64,000 nt of DNA from Candidatus Enterousia sp. (GTDB lineage Bacteria > Pseudomonadota > Alphaproteobacteria > Rs-D84). The notes beneath the pieces are model-generated. The model worked only from the letters and a program-made list of their open reading frames with translations. It made no database searches and had not been told where the DNA came from. Of the stretch, positions 19,342 to 29,486 are shown piece by piece (the first letter of the stretch is position 1; each line of letters begins with the position of its first letter). Where the stretch lies: assembly GCA_045654485.1 (NCBI GenBank), contig JAZONN010000016.1:71484-135483 (forward strand). Direction: 5' to 3'. Made by a program: the position numbers and the translations under genes.

Positions 19342-20163
19342 ATGTACAAATTAATTGGGGTTATTGCTGCGTTATTGATTGTGGCGCCGTCTCATGCTGC
19401 GATGGTTGTTGCAACCGTTAATGGTCAGCCGATTACAGATACGGATATCACCGTGCGCACCCAATTGATGGCACGTCAAGGCAAGACGTCCACCGACAAT
19501 CGTCGTGTCGCATTACAGAATATAATTGACGATAACGTCAAATTGGCATATGCGGCAAATTACAATGTGTCGCCCGATGATAAAACGGTTGATACAGAAT
19601 TAAAGAAAATGAATATGGCTGATTTAACGGCGGCCCAACGGGAAATGGCACGTTCGGCATTACGTGCGGAAATTGCATGGCAGATAATTGTTGCACGTAC
19701 TATTATGCCGTCTGTTGATACGTCCGCCGAAGATGTGGCGACCGAACGTGCGAATTTGGCCCGTGAACACGGTTTGCCAATTGAAATGACAATTGTACGT
19801 TTAACCGATATTCCGTCCGATGTTGCTGGTAAATTAACCCGTCCAAAATCTTGTGACGATGCGATGGATATGGCACGTGCGCTGGGTGGTGTGCCACAGC
19901 GTTTTACCGCATTACAGTATGAATTATCTGCCGATATTCGTGAACGTGTTGCGGATCTTGCAAATTTAACTTGGTCACCTGTTGTTGATGGTTCTGTATT
20001 ATTGGTATGTTCGACCAAAAAGACCGATGAATATAAAAATTTGGACGATATAATCAAACAAAACGCAAAATATAAACAAGCCATGTTTTTGGCCGACCAG
20101 CAACTGAAACAATTGCGTCGCAGCGCGGTAATTGTAATTAATGATGACAGGTATAAATTATGA
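19342..20163 (+). CDS. surA: SurA-like periplasmic chaperone (SurA N-terminal domain; PPIase domain degenerate)
   Basis: Signal peptide, VVATVNGQPITDTDI, LQNIIDD..KL, C-terminal LKQLRRSAVI; conserved position after lptD. Confidence 0.75.
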   Translation: MYKLIGVIAALLIVAPSHAAMVVATVNGQPITDTDITVRTQLMARQGKTSTDNRRVALQNIIDDNVKLAYAANYNVSPDDKTVDTELKKMNMADLTAAQREMARSALRAEIAWQIIVARTIMPSVDTSAEDVATERANLAREHGLPIEMTIVRLTDIPSDVAGKLTRPKSCDDAMDMARALGGVPQRFTALQYELSADIRERVADLANLTWSPVVDGSVLLVCSTKKTDEYKNLDDIIKQNAKYKQAMFLADQQLKQLRRSAVIVINDDRYKL

Positions 20164-21272
20164 AAACAATCCTATTTAATTTAACCGATGCCGAGTTAGA
20201 AAAATATATCACAGATATGGGGCAACCAAAGTTTCGGGCCCGTCAAATTCGTGAATGGCTAAATCGTGGTGCGCCGGATTTTTCTGTGATGAAAAATATA
20301 CCGGAAACATTGCGTACTGATTTGGATTCTTGTGCCCAAACATTGCCTGTGAATATTGTGCGCCGATTGGTGTCGTCTGATGGCGAAACGACAAAATTTT
20401 TGTTGGAATTAAACGATGGGGAACAAATTGAATGCGTATTAATGCGAACAACGTACGGTAACAGTGTTTGTGTTAGTTCCCAAGCCGGCTGTGCCATGGG
20501 GTGTAAATTCTGTGCCAGTACTTTGTTGGGACTGCGTCGTAATTTAACCGCAAATGAAATTTATTCTCAGATATTGGTTGCGCAATGGGAATTACGTGGT
20601 GACAGATTATCGGATAAACCAATTCGTCCAAATGGTGATGCGAACAATGGCGACGTATCGCATATCGTGATTATGGGTACGGGCGAACCTTTGCAGAATA
20701 CCGAAAACGTAATTGATTTCATAGAACGTGCCAATAAAGAAATGGGTATCGGTTGGCGCCGTATAACGGTTTCTACGTGTGGTATAGTGTCTGGCATAGA
20801 TCGTTTGATTGAATGGGGACGGCCGATTAATTTGGCAATATCTTTGCACGCCCCGACCGATGAATTGCGTTCTACAATTATGCCAATAAATAACAAGTAT
20901 AAAATTGGCGAAGTTATGGATGCCGCTTGGCGTTTCACGGACCTGCATAATCGTCAGTTGATGATTGAATATATCTTGTTGGGGAAACGTGACACAGATG
21001 GTGAAACGATGTTGTATAATGCCGCACCCGAACACGCCGAACAATTATCTGAAATGTTGCGTGGCAAAAATTGTATGGTAAATTTGATTCCATGGAATGC
21101 GGTTGATGAACGTGACTTTGCGTCTCCGTCGGGCAATGCGGTACATCGTTTCCAAGATATGTTAATCAAAAACGGTATTCACACACGTATTCGTCGTGAA
21201 CGTGGCACGGACATTGGGTCTGCGTGTGGTCAGTTGCGTTTGAATAACGCACGTCAAGGCAACAAAAAGTAA
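20160..21272 (+). CDS. rlmN: 23S rRNA m2A2503 / tRNA methyltransferase RlmN (radical SAM)
   Basis: CVSSQAGCAMGCKFC (CxxxCxxC), MGTGEP, ISLHAP, IEYILL, SACGQL. Confidence 0.96.
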   Translation: MKTILFNLTDAELEKYITDMGQPKFRARQIREWLNRGAPDFSVMKNIPETLRTDLDSCAQTLPVNIVRRLVSSDGETTKFLLELNDGEQIECVLMRTTYGNSVCVSSQAGCAMGCKFCASTLLGLRRNLTANEIYSQILVAQWELRGDRLSDKPIRPNGDANNGDVSHIVIMGTGEPLQNTENVIDFIERANKEMGIGWRRITVSTCGIVSGIDRLIEWGRPINLAISLHAPTDELRSTIMPINNKYKIGEVMDAAWRFTDLHNRQLMIEYILLGKRDTDGETMLYNAAPEHAEQLSEMLRGKNCMVNLIPWNAVDERDFASPSGNAVHRFQDMLIKNGIHTRIRRERGTDIGSACGQLRLNNARQGNKK

Positions 21273-21281
21273 AAATAATAC

Positions 21282-21302
21282 ACCGGCAAATGCCGGTTTT
21301 TT
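21282..21302 (+). terminator. Intrinsic terminator
   Basis: ACCGGC-aaat-GCCGGT followed by a T tract. Confidence 0.75.
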
Positions 21303-21360
21303 ATTGCAAGTTGATATTTAATCTTGTATCTTACAAACGCAATTATCACAGGGGAAAAAT

Positions 21361-21555
21361 ATGGACGAAAAAAAATTATCGTTTGAAGAAGCGTACTCTC
21401 AATTAATGGATTTGGTAAAGAAAATGGAATCGGGTGGTTTGCCATTGGCCGATTCTGTTGCCGCATATGAACAAGGTATAAAATTAAAGGCATACTGCGA
21501 ACAATTGTTAAAAGAAGCAGAATTAAAAATCGAGACATTAAAAGTCGGTGCTTAA
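21361..21555 (+). CDS. xseB: Exodeoxyribonuclease VII small subunit
   Basis: SFEEAYSQL..LV.KMESG.LPL.DS...YEQG..L...C...L..AE. Confidence 0.93.
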   Translation: MDEKKLSFEEAYSQLMDLVKKMESGGLPLADSVAAYEQGIKLKAYCEQLLKEAELKIETLKVGA

Positions 21556-21579
21556 AAAATCAAATTAAATGGATATATT

Positions 21580-24111
21580 GTGGCGGAAAAAAGTAAATTA
21601 ACCCCCGTAATGCAACAATACGTGGATATGAAATCCGAAAACCCAGACGCATTGTTGATGTTTCGTCTGGGGGATTTTTATGAATCATTTTTTGAAGATG
21701 CACGTACAATTAGTTCGGTCTTGGGGTTGGTGTTAACAGCACGTGGTACAGATGGTGACGGTAATTCCATACCAATGTGTGGGATACCTTGGCATGCTGC
21801 GGACAATTATTTTGGTCGCTTGGTGCGTAATGGTTATAAAGTTGCGCTGGTTGAACAAATGGAAACACCGGCTCAGGCCAAAGAACGTGGGCACAAATAT
21901 ATTGAACGTAGTGTCGTTCGTGTTTTGACACCTGGTACATTAACAGATGAAAATTTATTAACGCCCACACGTTCAAACTTTTTGATTGCGGTTATGCCGT
22001 GTGCGGGCGGTAAATACGATGTTGCCGGATGTGATATTTCAACAGGTGAATTTTTCATTGGACAAACAGGCGAATTGTTTGATGATATGACACGTATAAA
22101 TCCGGCCGAGATTATATATCCATTTGGCTGCGCCGAAGAAAAAACAATTGCGCACTTACGTGATGTATTCAAAACAACCCCCGTGTATGAGAAGTTATAT
22201 CATCGTTCAGACATAGACGTTGTTGTATCTCGTGTGTTTGGTGGTGTGGTTGATGTTCATTCTGTTACACGCATATCGGATAATGCCATATGTTTATTGG
22301 CGGGTTATTTATTTAACACCCAACGTGGTGCACCAATCACATTTCGTGCGCCATATACATTCAAGTCGGGACGTCAATTATTGATTGATTCTGCCACTTG
22401 GCGAAGTTTAGAAATTGATGCACCAATCAATGAAGGTGGCACATGCTTAATCGATGTGCTGGATAAAACCAATACGGCGGCGGGCGCACGTAAATTGCGT
22501 TCATATTTACGTTGTTTGTCGGGTGATGCATCGGAAATAGTTTCAAGACAAACCCATATTGCACATTTTTTGGCCAATCCCGATGTTATGGGTATGGTAT
22601 CTAATATGCTGTCTGGTATTCCGGATGTTGGTCGTTCTTTATCACGTTTATTATCTGGTCGTGGCACGCCACGTGATTTACGTCATGTTTCTGATTTTAT
22701 GGCTGTATTGCCAAGGGCTCAGATTTTATCTGCCCGTCTTGATGCGATATTTGCGCCACGCTTTGAATCGATTAATGTTCACGATGAATTGGGAATGCGT
22801 TTATCACGTGCCTTGTCCGATGAATTGCCAACATTCTTTCGTGATGGCGGTGTAATTCGTGATGGTTTTGATATTGCGTTAGATAATATGCGTGCGTTAT
22901 CACACGGCGCACGTGAAACGATTGCGGCATTACAATCCGAATACATATCTCAGACGGGAATTAATACATTAAAGATAAAATACAATAATATACTTGGATA
23001 TTTTATTGAAATTCCGTCTGCTCGTGCGGAATCAATGATGCGTCCAGATTCTGGCTTTATACATCGTCAAACAATGGCGGGTAATATGCGTTTTACTACG
23101 TCCCGTTTGATTGAGTTGGATAATAGTGTACGAAGTGCCGCCGAAAAGGCCGCTGCAATTGAAGCGGACATAGTAAACAACTTTATTGAATCAATTCGTA
23201 CAATTTCTGATGATTTATTATCGACGGTTGAATTGTTGGCGGATGCAGATGTGTGGGTGTCATTGGCAATGGTGTCAGATTTGTATTCATGGGTTCGTCC
23301 GCATATAACCGATGATTGTTCGTATGATGTTGTTGGTGGTCGTCATCCTGTAATAGAATCTGTGTTACGTAGTCATGGTGATAATTTTGTTAAAAACGAT
23401 TGTAATTTAAACGCCAATGCGATTGCATTATTAACTGGTCCTAATATGGCTGGAAAATCTACATATTTACGTCAGAATGCTATAATTGTTGTCTTGGCGC
23501 ATTTGGGATCATATGTGCCGGCAACATCTGCGACCATCGGCATTTGTGACCAATTATTTAGTCGTGTTGGTGCATCTGATAACTTGGCGGCGGGACAATC
23601 AACCTTTATGGTGGAAATGAGTGAAACAGCCAACATCTTAAACCGTGCAACCCGTCATTCATTTATTATTTTTGATGAAATAGGGCGTGGAACGGCAACA
23701 TACGATGGCATGGCAATTGCCCAAGCGGTCTTGGAATTTTTAGATGAAATGCAGCCACGCACACTGTTTGCAACCCATTACCATGAATTGACATCATTGG
23801 TATCAAATGGTGGGTTAAATCATGTATCGTGCTTAACAATCGATGTTCGTGAACATAATGATGGAATTGTGTTTATGCATAAAATTGTTGCGGGCATTGC
23901 AAATCGGTCCTATGGTATTCATGTGGCGAAAATGGCGGGTATGCCATCATCGGTTGTTGCCCGTGCCGAATGTGTATTAAGTGCTTTGGAATCCGAACGT
24001 GGTGCGCTTGTTCCAGAATGTGCACCTGTGGTGGCTCAGAAACCGACCGTACGTAAAAAATCGGCCGTGTCGGATAACTTGCCGCCACCTCAGTTAAACT
24101 TATTTGGGTAA
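21580..24111 (+). CDS. mutS: DNA mismatch repair protein MutS
   Basis: TPVMQQY, FRLGDFYESFFEDA, GPNMAGKS, STFMVEM, DEIGRGT, FATHYHEL, SYGIHVAK.AG. Confidence 0.98.
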   Translation: MAEKSKLTPVMQQYVDMKSENPDALLMFRLGDFYESFFEDARTISSVLGLVLTARGTDGDGNSIPMCGIPWHAADNYFGRLVRNGYKVALVEQMETPAQAKERGHKYIERSVVRVLTPGTLTDENLLTPTRSNFLIAVMPCAGGKYDVAGCDISTGEFFIGQTGELFDDMTRINPAEIIYPFGCAEEKTIAHLRDVFKTTPVYEKLYHRSDIDVVVSRVFGGVVDVHSVTRISDNAICLLAGYLFNTQRGAPITFRAPYTFKSGRQLLIDSATWRSLEIDAPINEGGTCLIDVLDKTNTAAGARKLRSYLRCLSGDASEIVSRQTHIAHFLANPDVMGMVSNMLSGIPDVGRSLSRLLSGRGTPRDLRHVSDFMAVLPRAQILSARLDAIFAPRFESINVHDELGMRLSRALSDELPTFFRDGGVIRDGFDIALDNMRALSHGARETIAALQSEYISQTGINTLKIKYNNILGYFIEIPSARAESMMRPDSGFIHRQTMAGNMRFTTSRLIELDNSVRSAAEKAAAIEADIVNNFIESIRTISDDLLSTVELLADADVWVSLAMVSDLYSWVRPHITDDCSYDVVGGRHPVIESVLRSHGDNFVKNDCNLNANAIALLTGPNMAGKSTYLRQNAIIVVLAHLGSYVPATSATIGICDQLFSRVGASDNLAAGQSTFMVEMSETANILNRATRHSFIIFDEIGRGTATYDGMAIAQAVLEFLDEMQPRTLFATHYHELTSLVSNGGLNHVSCLTIDVREHNDGIVFMHKIVAGIANRSYGIHVAKMAGMPSSVVARAECVLSALESERGALVPECAPVVAQKPTVRKKSAVSDNLPPPQLNLFG

Positions 24112-24115
24112 TGCA

Positions 24116-24988
24116 ATGATATCTGGTTGGGTAATATTGGATAAAGATTCAGGGCTGTTTTCACGAACGGCGGGTGGTCGCATTGCGCGTATGTTGGGTA
24201 CAAAAAAGTTCGGACATATTGGCACGTTGGACCCCATGGCGACGGGTGTTTTGCCAATTGCGATTGGCGATGCGACGAAAATGATACCTTTTGTAGAAGA
24301 CCTTAATTCCCACACCAAAGAATATTTGTTTTCGTGTCAGTTTGGTTTTGAAACAGATACATTGGACATAACTGGTCGTGAAACAAATCATTGTGATATT
24401 ATCCCGACGGACGTCGACATATTGGCGGCATTACCGCAATTGACGGGTCGTATTATGCAAACGCCGCCTTTGTATTCTGCGGTTCATATTGCTGGACAGC
24501 GTGCCCATGAATTGGCACGTCGTGGTCGTTCTGTTGAAATGCCCGCCCGTCCGGTTGAAATTTTTGAATTAGAATACTTGGGTTATCGTGATGGTGCGTG
24601 GCAATTTCGTACACGTTGTGCGACCGGTACATATGTACGTTCATTGGGGCGTGATATTGCGAAAATCTGTGGCACGTATGCGACGGTTGATATGATACGC
24701 CGTGTGCATACAAACGGTTTTGATATATCTGATGCGGTAAAACTTGATTTTTTGGAAAAAGTGTTTAATAATAGTGGGGATTTGGGAAAATATCTCAAAC
24801 CGGTTGATTTTGGACTGGGGGACATTCCGGTTCTGAATCTGGCGGATAAAGACGGCGATTTTTATAAAAATGGTGGCTTTATCCGGACGGACGTATCCGA
24901 TGGCATGTATCGCATATATGTGGGAAATGTGTTCATTGGTGTTGGTGTTGTAACATCCGGCATATTGCGTCCAAAACGAACAATTTAA
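24116..24988 (+). CDS. truB: tRNA pseudouridine(55) synthase
   Basis: KFGHIGTLDPMATGVL, PPLYSAVH, GTYVRSLGRD. Confidence 0.96.
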   Translation: MISGWVILDKDSGLFSRTAGGRIARMLGTKKFGHIGTLDPMATGVLPIAIGDATKMIPFVEDLNSHTKEYLFSCQFGFETDTLDITGRETNHCDIIPTDVDILAALPQLTGRIMQTPPLYSAVHIAGQRAHELARRGRSVEMPARPVEIFELEYLGYRDGAWQFRTRCATGTYVRSLGRDIAKICGTYATVDMIRRVHTNGFDISDAVKLDFLEKVFNNSGDLGKYLKPVDFGLGDIPVLNLADKDGDFYKNGGFIRTDVSDGMYRIYVGNVFIGVGVVTSGILRPKRTI

Positions 24989-25004
24989 CAAAAGGAAAAA
25001 TACA

Positions 25005-25277
25005 ATGTCCGTTACAAAAGCAAAAAAATCTGAATTGATTCAGACATATAAAGTATCTGAAAAAGATAACGGTGGTTCTGTTGAATCCCAAGTTGCGGTT
25101 TTGACTGAACGTATTCGCAATTTGACAGAACACATGAAATCAAACCACAAAGATAATCATTCTAAACGTGGTTTGTTGATGATGGTTAACCGTCGTAAAA
25201 AATTGTTGGCCTATATCAAGAAACGTAATTCTGATGATTACGAATCCTTGATTAAAAAGTTGGGCTTGCGTAAATAA
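25005..25277 (+). CDS. rpsO: 30S ribosomal protein S15
   Basis: GSVESQVAVLTERI..LTEH...HKDNHS.RGLL.MV.RR..LL.Y...LGLRK. Confidence 0.98.
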   Translation: MSVTKAKKSELIQTYKVSEKDNGGSVESQVAVLTERIRNLTEHMKSNHKDNHSKRGLLMMVNRRKKLLAYIKKRNSDDYESLIKKLGLRK

Positions 25278-25307
25278 AAAATATCCGGCGATTGCCGGAT
25301 ATTTTTT
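25276..25307 (+). terminator. Intrinsic terminator
   Basis: AAAAATATCCGGC-gatt-GCCGGATATTTTT. Confidence 0.88.
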
Positions 25308-25350
25308 ATTATAAATCAAACTGTTTTTATGATATAATATATCCAAAGTT

Positions 25351-27513
25351 ATGAAGAAACTATTAACGTGTTTTTTCGCAATTATGGTTGTTGCGCCGGC
25401 TGCCGTTGCGGCAGATGGCGGTATTTCACGTGTGATTCCAACGGGATCATCAAATGCGACGACGTCAGACACCAAATCATCTGTGGCCCGTACGACCAAA
25501 ATGGATACAAAAAACGTCGATACGAATACAGTATCCACATCTGTGCGAAATGCTGTATCACGTGTGTTTTCTGGTGCGCCTGCGGTTCCGGCGTATAAAT
25601 CTGCGGATGTTGTTGCACGTTCTGGTGTTGCATCACGTGGTGCGACGGGGCAAACGTCATCTGAAAAATTAAGTGCGGCGGTCAATACGGTTGGTCGTAA
25701 TTCTCGTGTTTCTTCGGCCAGTATTAACAGCGACCCATCCGTTCGTCGTGCGGGTTTGACTTTGCGCCCCAGTACGGCTGAGGTTGGTGGTCGTGCCATT
25801 ATTGGTGACACGGGTGTTCAAACCGGTTCCAATATTGACGAAGCGATACGTGGTCTGAATTTCCGTGCGGCGTCGCGCAATGAAATATCTGCTGAATCTA
25901 TTGCGGCCGCAACCGAAGTGTTGGAACAAACGGCGACATTAAATAAATCGTGCCAGCAACAATATAATGATTGTATGGATCAATTCTGTGCGGTAATTGA
26001 TGCGAACCAAGGTCGTTGTTCGTGTTCGTCAAACTTGTCCCGTTATACCAAGGTTGAAGACGCCGTCAAAGAAGCCAACACCCAATTAAACGAAGTTGCA
26101 CAACGTATTCGTTATGTTGGTTTGTCTGCGGATGAAATCCGTGCTATTATGAACGAGACCGAGGCCGAAGCCGCCTTATCTGGTTCTGTTGATACATCTG
26201 AAACACGTTCTATGTTGGAAGAAATCGAAGAAATGATACGCAATCCCGTATCAACGACGTTCCATTCATCCGATACCGGTTCGACCAGTTTGGATTTGGA
26301 CTTAGATTTCACATCAGAATCTGCGGATTTATTTAATTTGGATTTCTTAAACACCGACGGGGGCAGTTTTTCAAACCTGCGTGGCACAGATTTATACAAT
26401 GCGGCCAAACGTCGTTGCAATAATGTATTAAAAGAATGTAAAGAGGCCGGTGCAACGTCCAACCAAATTACCGGTAATTACGACTTGGCAATTGATAAAG
26501 ATTGTATCGCATATGAACAGGGCTTGGTAAAAATGAATGATACCCTGCGTTCAAATGTGCGCAGTGCGAATTTAATGTTGCAAAAAGCCCGTCTGGCGGT
26601 ATTACAGAATAAAAACCAATACGATGCCAAGGGGTGTATTGCGGCATTGGAAAATTGTATGTTGGACGATATGGTTTGTGGCGATGATTACTTAAAGTGC
26701 GTTGACCCGACCAAGCGTTACATCGACGAAAACGGCAATGTCGTATTGGGGCAAAGAATTGCCGATATTACCGACTTTATGGTGGATTACAATAACGCAA
26801 ATATAAATGCGGAATTCTTGGGTGATGCATACAACATGACATTGGACGTTGACACGTGTAAAGACAGTGGAAAAGACGGTGGAAGTGACGGTTCGTGTGT
26901 CGCGGGATATTTGTTAAAGAAAATTGGTACCAAACAAAACGTCACCGAAGAGGGGTTGTGTCGTGCCGTATTGGACAAATGCCAACGTTATACATACGAT
27001 ACCGATGGTAAATATAAATCATATAACGATATAATTGTACATTATGTGCAACGTGCAATGGTTAATATCCGTGCGTCCCAGCATCAGATTATTTCCGATT
27101 ATGCATCGTCGTGTATGACCGACATTGCCGCATGTTATAATCAACAGGTCACCCAAGTAAACGCTTGGTCAACCAGTGCTAGTGTCAACAGCATCTATAA
27201 CATCATGCGTGGTGCGTGCCGTAATGTTGCATTAACATGTGCCTATGCGGTGTTCTATAAAGATGAAGAATCTTGTAAACAGGGTGATGAAGGTCAGTGT
27301 ATAGAAAGTATTTCTGAAATGTTCTATCAATCGTTGCTGTGTCCGGCAAATTCAACATACGTCAGCAAAAACTCTAACAGCACCGGTGACGTTAATACGC
27401 ATTGTGCGTGTAATGAAGGATATGAAGTTTGGGGAACGTCCTGTGTCGCCGCATGTCTAGGTGACGAAAAACGTAACCTATCAACCGGTGTATGTCAAAA
27501 GACAACAACCTAA
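25351..27513 (+). CDS. Secreted Cys-rich protein (720 aa), paralog of 41829..43937
   Basis: Signal peptide (..APAAVA), S/T/A/R-rich N-region, CQQQYNDCMDQFC...RCSC, C..VL..C, LQKARL, C...I.ACY.QQ. Confidence 0.85.
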   Translation: MKKLLTCFFAIMVVAPAAVAADGGISRVIPTGSSNATTSDTKSSVARTTKMDTKNVDTNTVSTSVRNAVSRVFSGAPAVPAYKSADVVARSGVASRGATGQTSSEKLSAAVNTVGRNSRVSSASINSDPSVRRAGLTLRPSTAEVGGRAIIGDTGVQTGSNIDEAIRGLNFRAASRNEISAESIAAATEVLEQTATLNKSCQQQYNDCMDQFCAVIDANQGRCSCSSNLSRYTKVEDAVKEANTQLNEVAQRIRYVGLSADEIRAIMNETEAEAALSGSVDTSETRSMLEEIEEMIRNPVSTTFHSSDTGSTSLDLDLDFTSESADLFNLDFLNTDGGSFSNLRGTDLYNAAKRRCNNVLKECKEAGATSNQITGNYDLAIDKDCIAYEQGLVKMNDTLRSNVRSANLMLQKARLAVLQNKNQYDAKGCIAALENCMLDDMVCGDDYLKCVDPTKRYIDENGNVVLGQRIADITDFMVDYNNANINAEFLGDAYNMTLDVDTCKDSGKDGGSDGSCVAGYLLKKIGTKQNVTEEGLCRAVLDKCQRYTYDTDGKYKSYNDIIVHYVQRAMVNIRASQHQIISDYASSCMTDIAACYNQQVTQVNAWSTSASVNSIYNIMRGACRNVALTCAYAVFYKDEESCKQGDEGQCIESISEMFYQSLLCPANSTYVSKNSNSTGDVNTHCACNEGYEVWGTSCVAACLGDEKRNLSTGVCQKTTT

Positions 27514-28469
27514 GAATAATTATCCAAAATATCTTTTAATTCCAACATATCGTCGGGCATTTTGGATTTAAACTTCATTTTTTTGCCGGTAACAGGGTGG
27601 ATAAATTCCAACACTTCTGCGTGTAACATTTGACCATCATGTTCGCGTAAGAAATCCAATAATTCCATGTTTTTTACGCTGCCCAAACGTGTGCTGCCAC
27701 GGCCATAGATTGGGTCGCATAATACCGGAAACCCGTGTGCAGACAAATGTACGCGAATTTGATGTGTGCGACCGGTATGCAATGTACAACGCATTTGTGA
27801 AATACCTATACGTGACCAAGCGTCAATAACGGCGACATCGGTATGTGCGTGTTTTCCGCCCGTTTTAACCATTGTCATTTTTTGTCTGTTGCGTGAAGAA
27901 CGTGCAATGTTTCCGGTGATTTCTGCTTCTTCCCAATTTGGTACGCCCCAAACAAAAGTGACATATTTTCTGGTTAAGTCATGTTCGGAAAACATTTTGA
28001 CCAATACACGAAATGCGGCGTCGGACTTTGCGAATACCATAACGCCACTGGTATCTTTATCTAATCTGTGTACGACACCGGGGCGTGTTTGACCCCCCAA
28101 CGCAGATAAATGCGTATGTGCCAAAATATTTTGAACCAATGTACCTGTCTTGTTTCCGGCCGATGGATACATCACCACGCCACGTGGTTTGTTTACAACG
28201 ATAATATCATCGTCTTCAAACAGTATTTCTAAATCAAAATCCGAAGAAATATTATCACAGGCAACATCTGTTTGGGTGACTGGTATTTCAACCACATATG
28301 TGTCACCAAATTTTATTTTTTCTGAAAATTTAACAGCGGCGCCGTTTTTTGTAACATTAAACTTTTGGATTTCACTGCGTGAAAATTCGGGCATTTGTGC
28401 GGATAAAAATTTATCTAATCTTATTCCTTGGTCTGTATCTGATACTGTAAATTCGCGTACTTGATTCAT
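27510..28469 (-). CDS. rluD: RluA-family pseudouridine synthase (RluD-like)
   Basis: S4-like N-terminus RLDKFL, VVNKPRG.V, RPGVVHRLDKDTSG, TGRTHQIRVH, GDP-like CDPIYG. Confidence 0.92.
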   Translation of the reverse strand: MNQVREFTVSDTDQGIRLDKFLSAQMPEFSRSEIQKFNVTKNGAAVKFSEKIKFGDTYVVEIPVTQTDVACDNISSDFDLEILFEDDDIIVVNKPRGVVMYPSAGNKTGTLVQNILAHTHLSALGGQTRPGVVHRLDKDTSGVMVFAKSDAAFRVLVKMFSEHDLTRKYVTFVWGVPNWEEAEITGNIARSSRNRQKMTMVKTGGKHAHTDVAVIDAWSRIGISQMRCTLHTGRTHQIRVHLSAHGFPVLCDPIYGRGSTRLGSVKNMELLDFLREHDGQMLHAEVLEFIHPVTGKKMKFKSKMPDDMLELKDILDNYS

Positions 28470-28477
28470 AATAATTC

Positions 28478-28939
28478 CTATTTATAATCGTCCCAATCTG
28501 GTCCAACGACACAATCGGACAGTTTAATTTTAAATTCGCGTCCCCCACCATCCACGGGGCATGTCAAGATACCGGTTGTGGTTGCTTCGTCTGCATCACG
28601 TGTTGCGTTTCGATATGCTAATTTAATTTCTGTTGGTTCGGCCACGCATGCGATATAGAAATGTTCGTGGTTTTGTCCATTTGGTCCAACCCAAACACGC
28701 ACCCCAGACCCCAAACCATAGCATGGAAATCCATCCAAATAATATAACACCAAACCACGTTTAACCAAATTTGCATCACCGATAACTGTGCCACGATATT
28801 CGTTCAATGTTAAACCTGTGACGGCTTCCCAATCGGTACTGGTGGAAAAAATAGATACTCTTGGTTGTGGTGCTGGTGTGTCTGCACCTGCGTTCCAAGA
28901 CATAAATATCATGGCCAAAACAATTGCAAATCGTTTCAT
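28478..28939 (-). CDS. Small secreted hypothetical protein with four Cys
   Basis: Signal peptide MKRFAIVLAMIFMSWNAGA; ATGA overlap with the upstream gene. Confidence 0.75.
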   Translation of the reverse strand: MKRFAIVLAMIFMSWNAGADTPAPQPRVSIFSTSTDWEAVTGLTLNEYRGTVIGDANLVKRGLVLYYLDGFPCYGLGSGVRVWVGPNGQNHEHFYIACVAEPTEIKLAYRNATRDADEATTTGILTCPVDGGGREFKIKLSDCVVGPDWDDYK

Positions 28940-29463
28940 TTTTTATCGTCCTGTGGTACTTGGATTTCTGCCAAGTGTGCAGATATTTTTTTTACCCCCA
29001 ATGGTTGCTGGGACAAAGTGTGAACAAAACTAACCGACGTTCCAGCATCCAATAATGTTGCCGAAGGCATAAATTTCTGTTGTGCCAATATTTTACCATT
29101 TTCATCACTTGATACGATGATTAATTCTGGCACGCCATAAATTTCATCAGATATATTTTCGACGGTACCGCTAACCACCAAGTGTTGTCCCCCATTTTCA
29201 TCGGTTGCTGTGTCAACAGATGTAACGGTGGCGATTAATGGGCCACGATTTGCGTTTTTGATTTGATGGTGTGTTATTGCGACGACCGTAAACATAATGG
29301 CCGATAATAATGCACAAAGTGCGGCGAAAAACAACAGCCAAGAATTTTTCTTGGGTGGTTCGGCCACACGCCACACATTGCCACATACGGCACATTTAAC
29401 GGGTGCGCTTGGGTGTTTATCCATCGCATATTCTGTTTTGCAAAAATCACATTTTATTTTCAT
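28936..29463 (-). CDS. Zinc-ribbon (MJ0042-like) + TM + DUF3426-like periplasmic domain protein
   Basis: CDFCKTEY..VKCAVCGNVW, one TM helix, then LVVSGTVEN.S...P. Confidence 0.7.
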   Translation of the reverse strand: MKIKCDFCKTEYAMDKHPSAPVKCAVCGNVWRVAEPPKKNSWLLFFAALCALLSAIMFTVVAITHHQIKNANRGPLIATVTSVDTATDENGGQHLVVSGTVENISDEIYGVPELIIVSSDENGKILAQQKFMPSATLLDAGTSVSFVHTLSQQPLGVKKISAHLAEIQVPQDDKK

Positions 29464-29486
29464 GTTTTTATATATACCACAAAATA

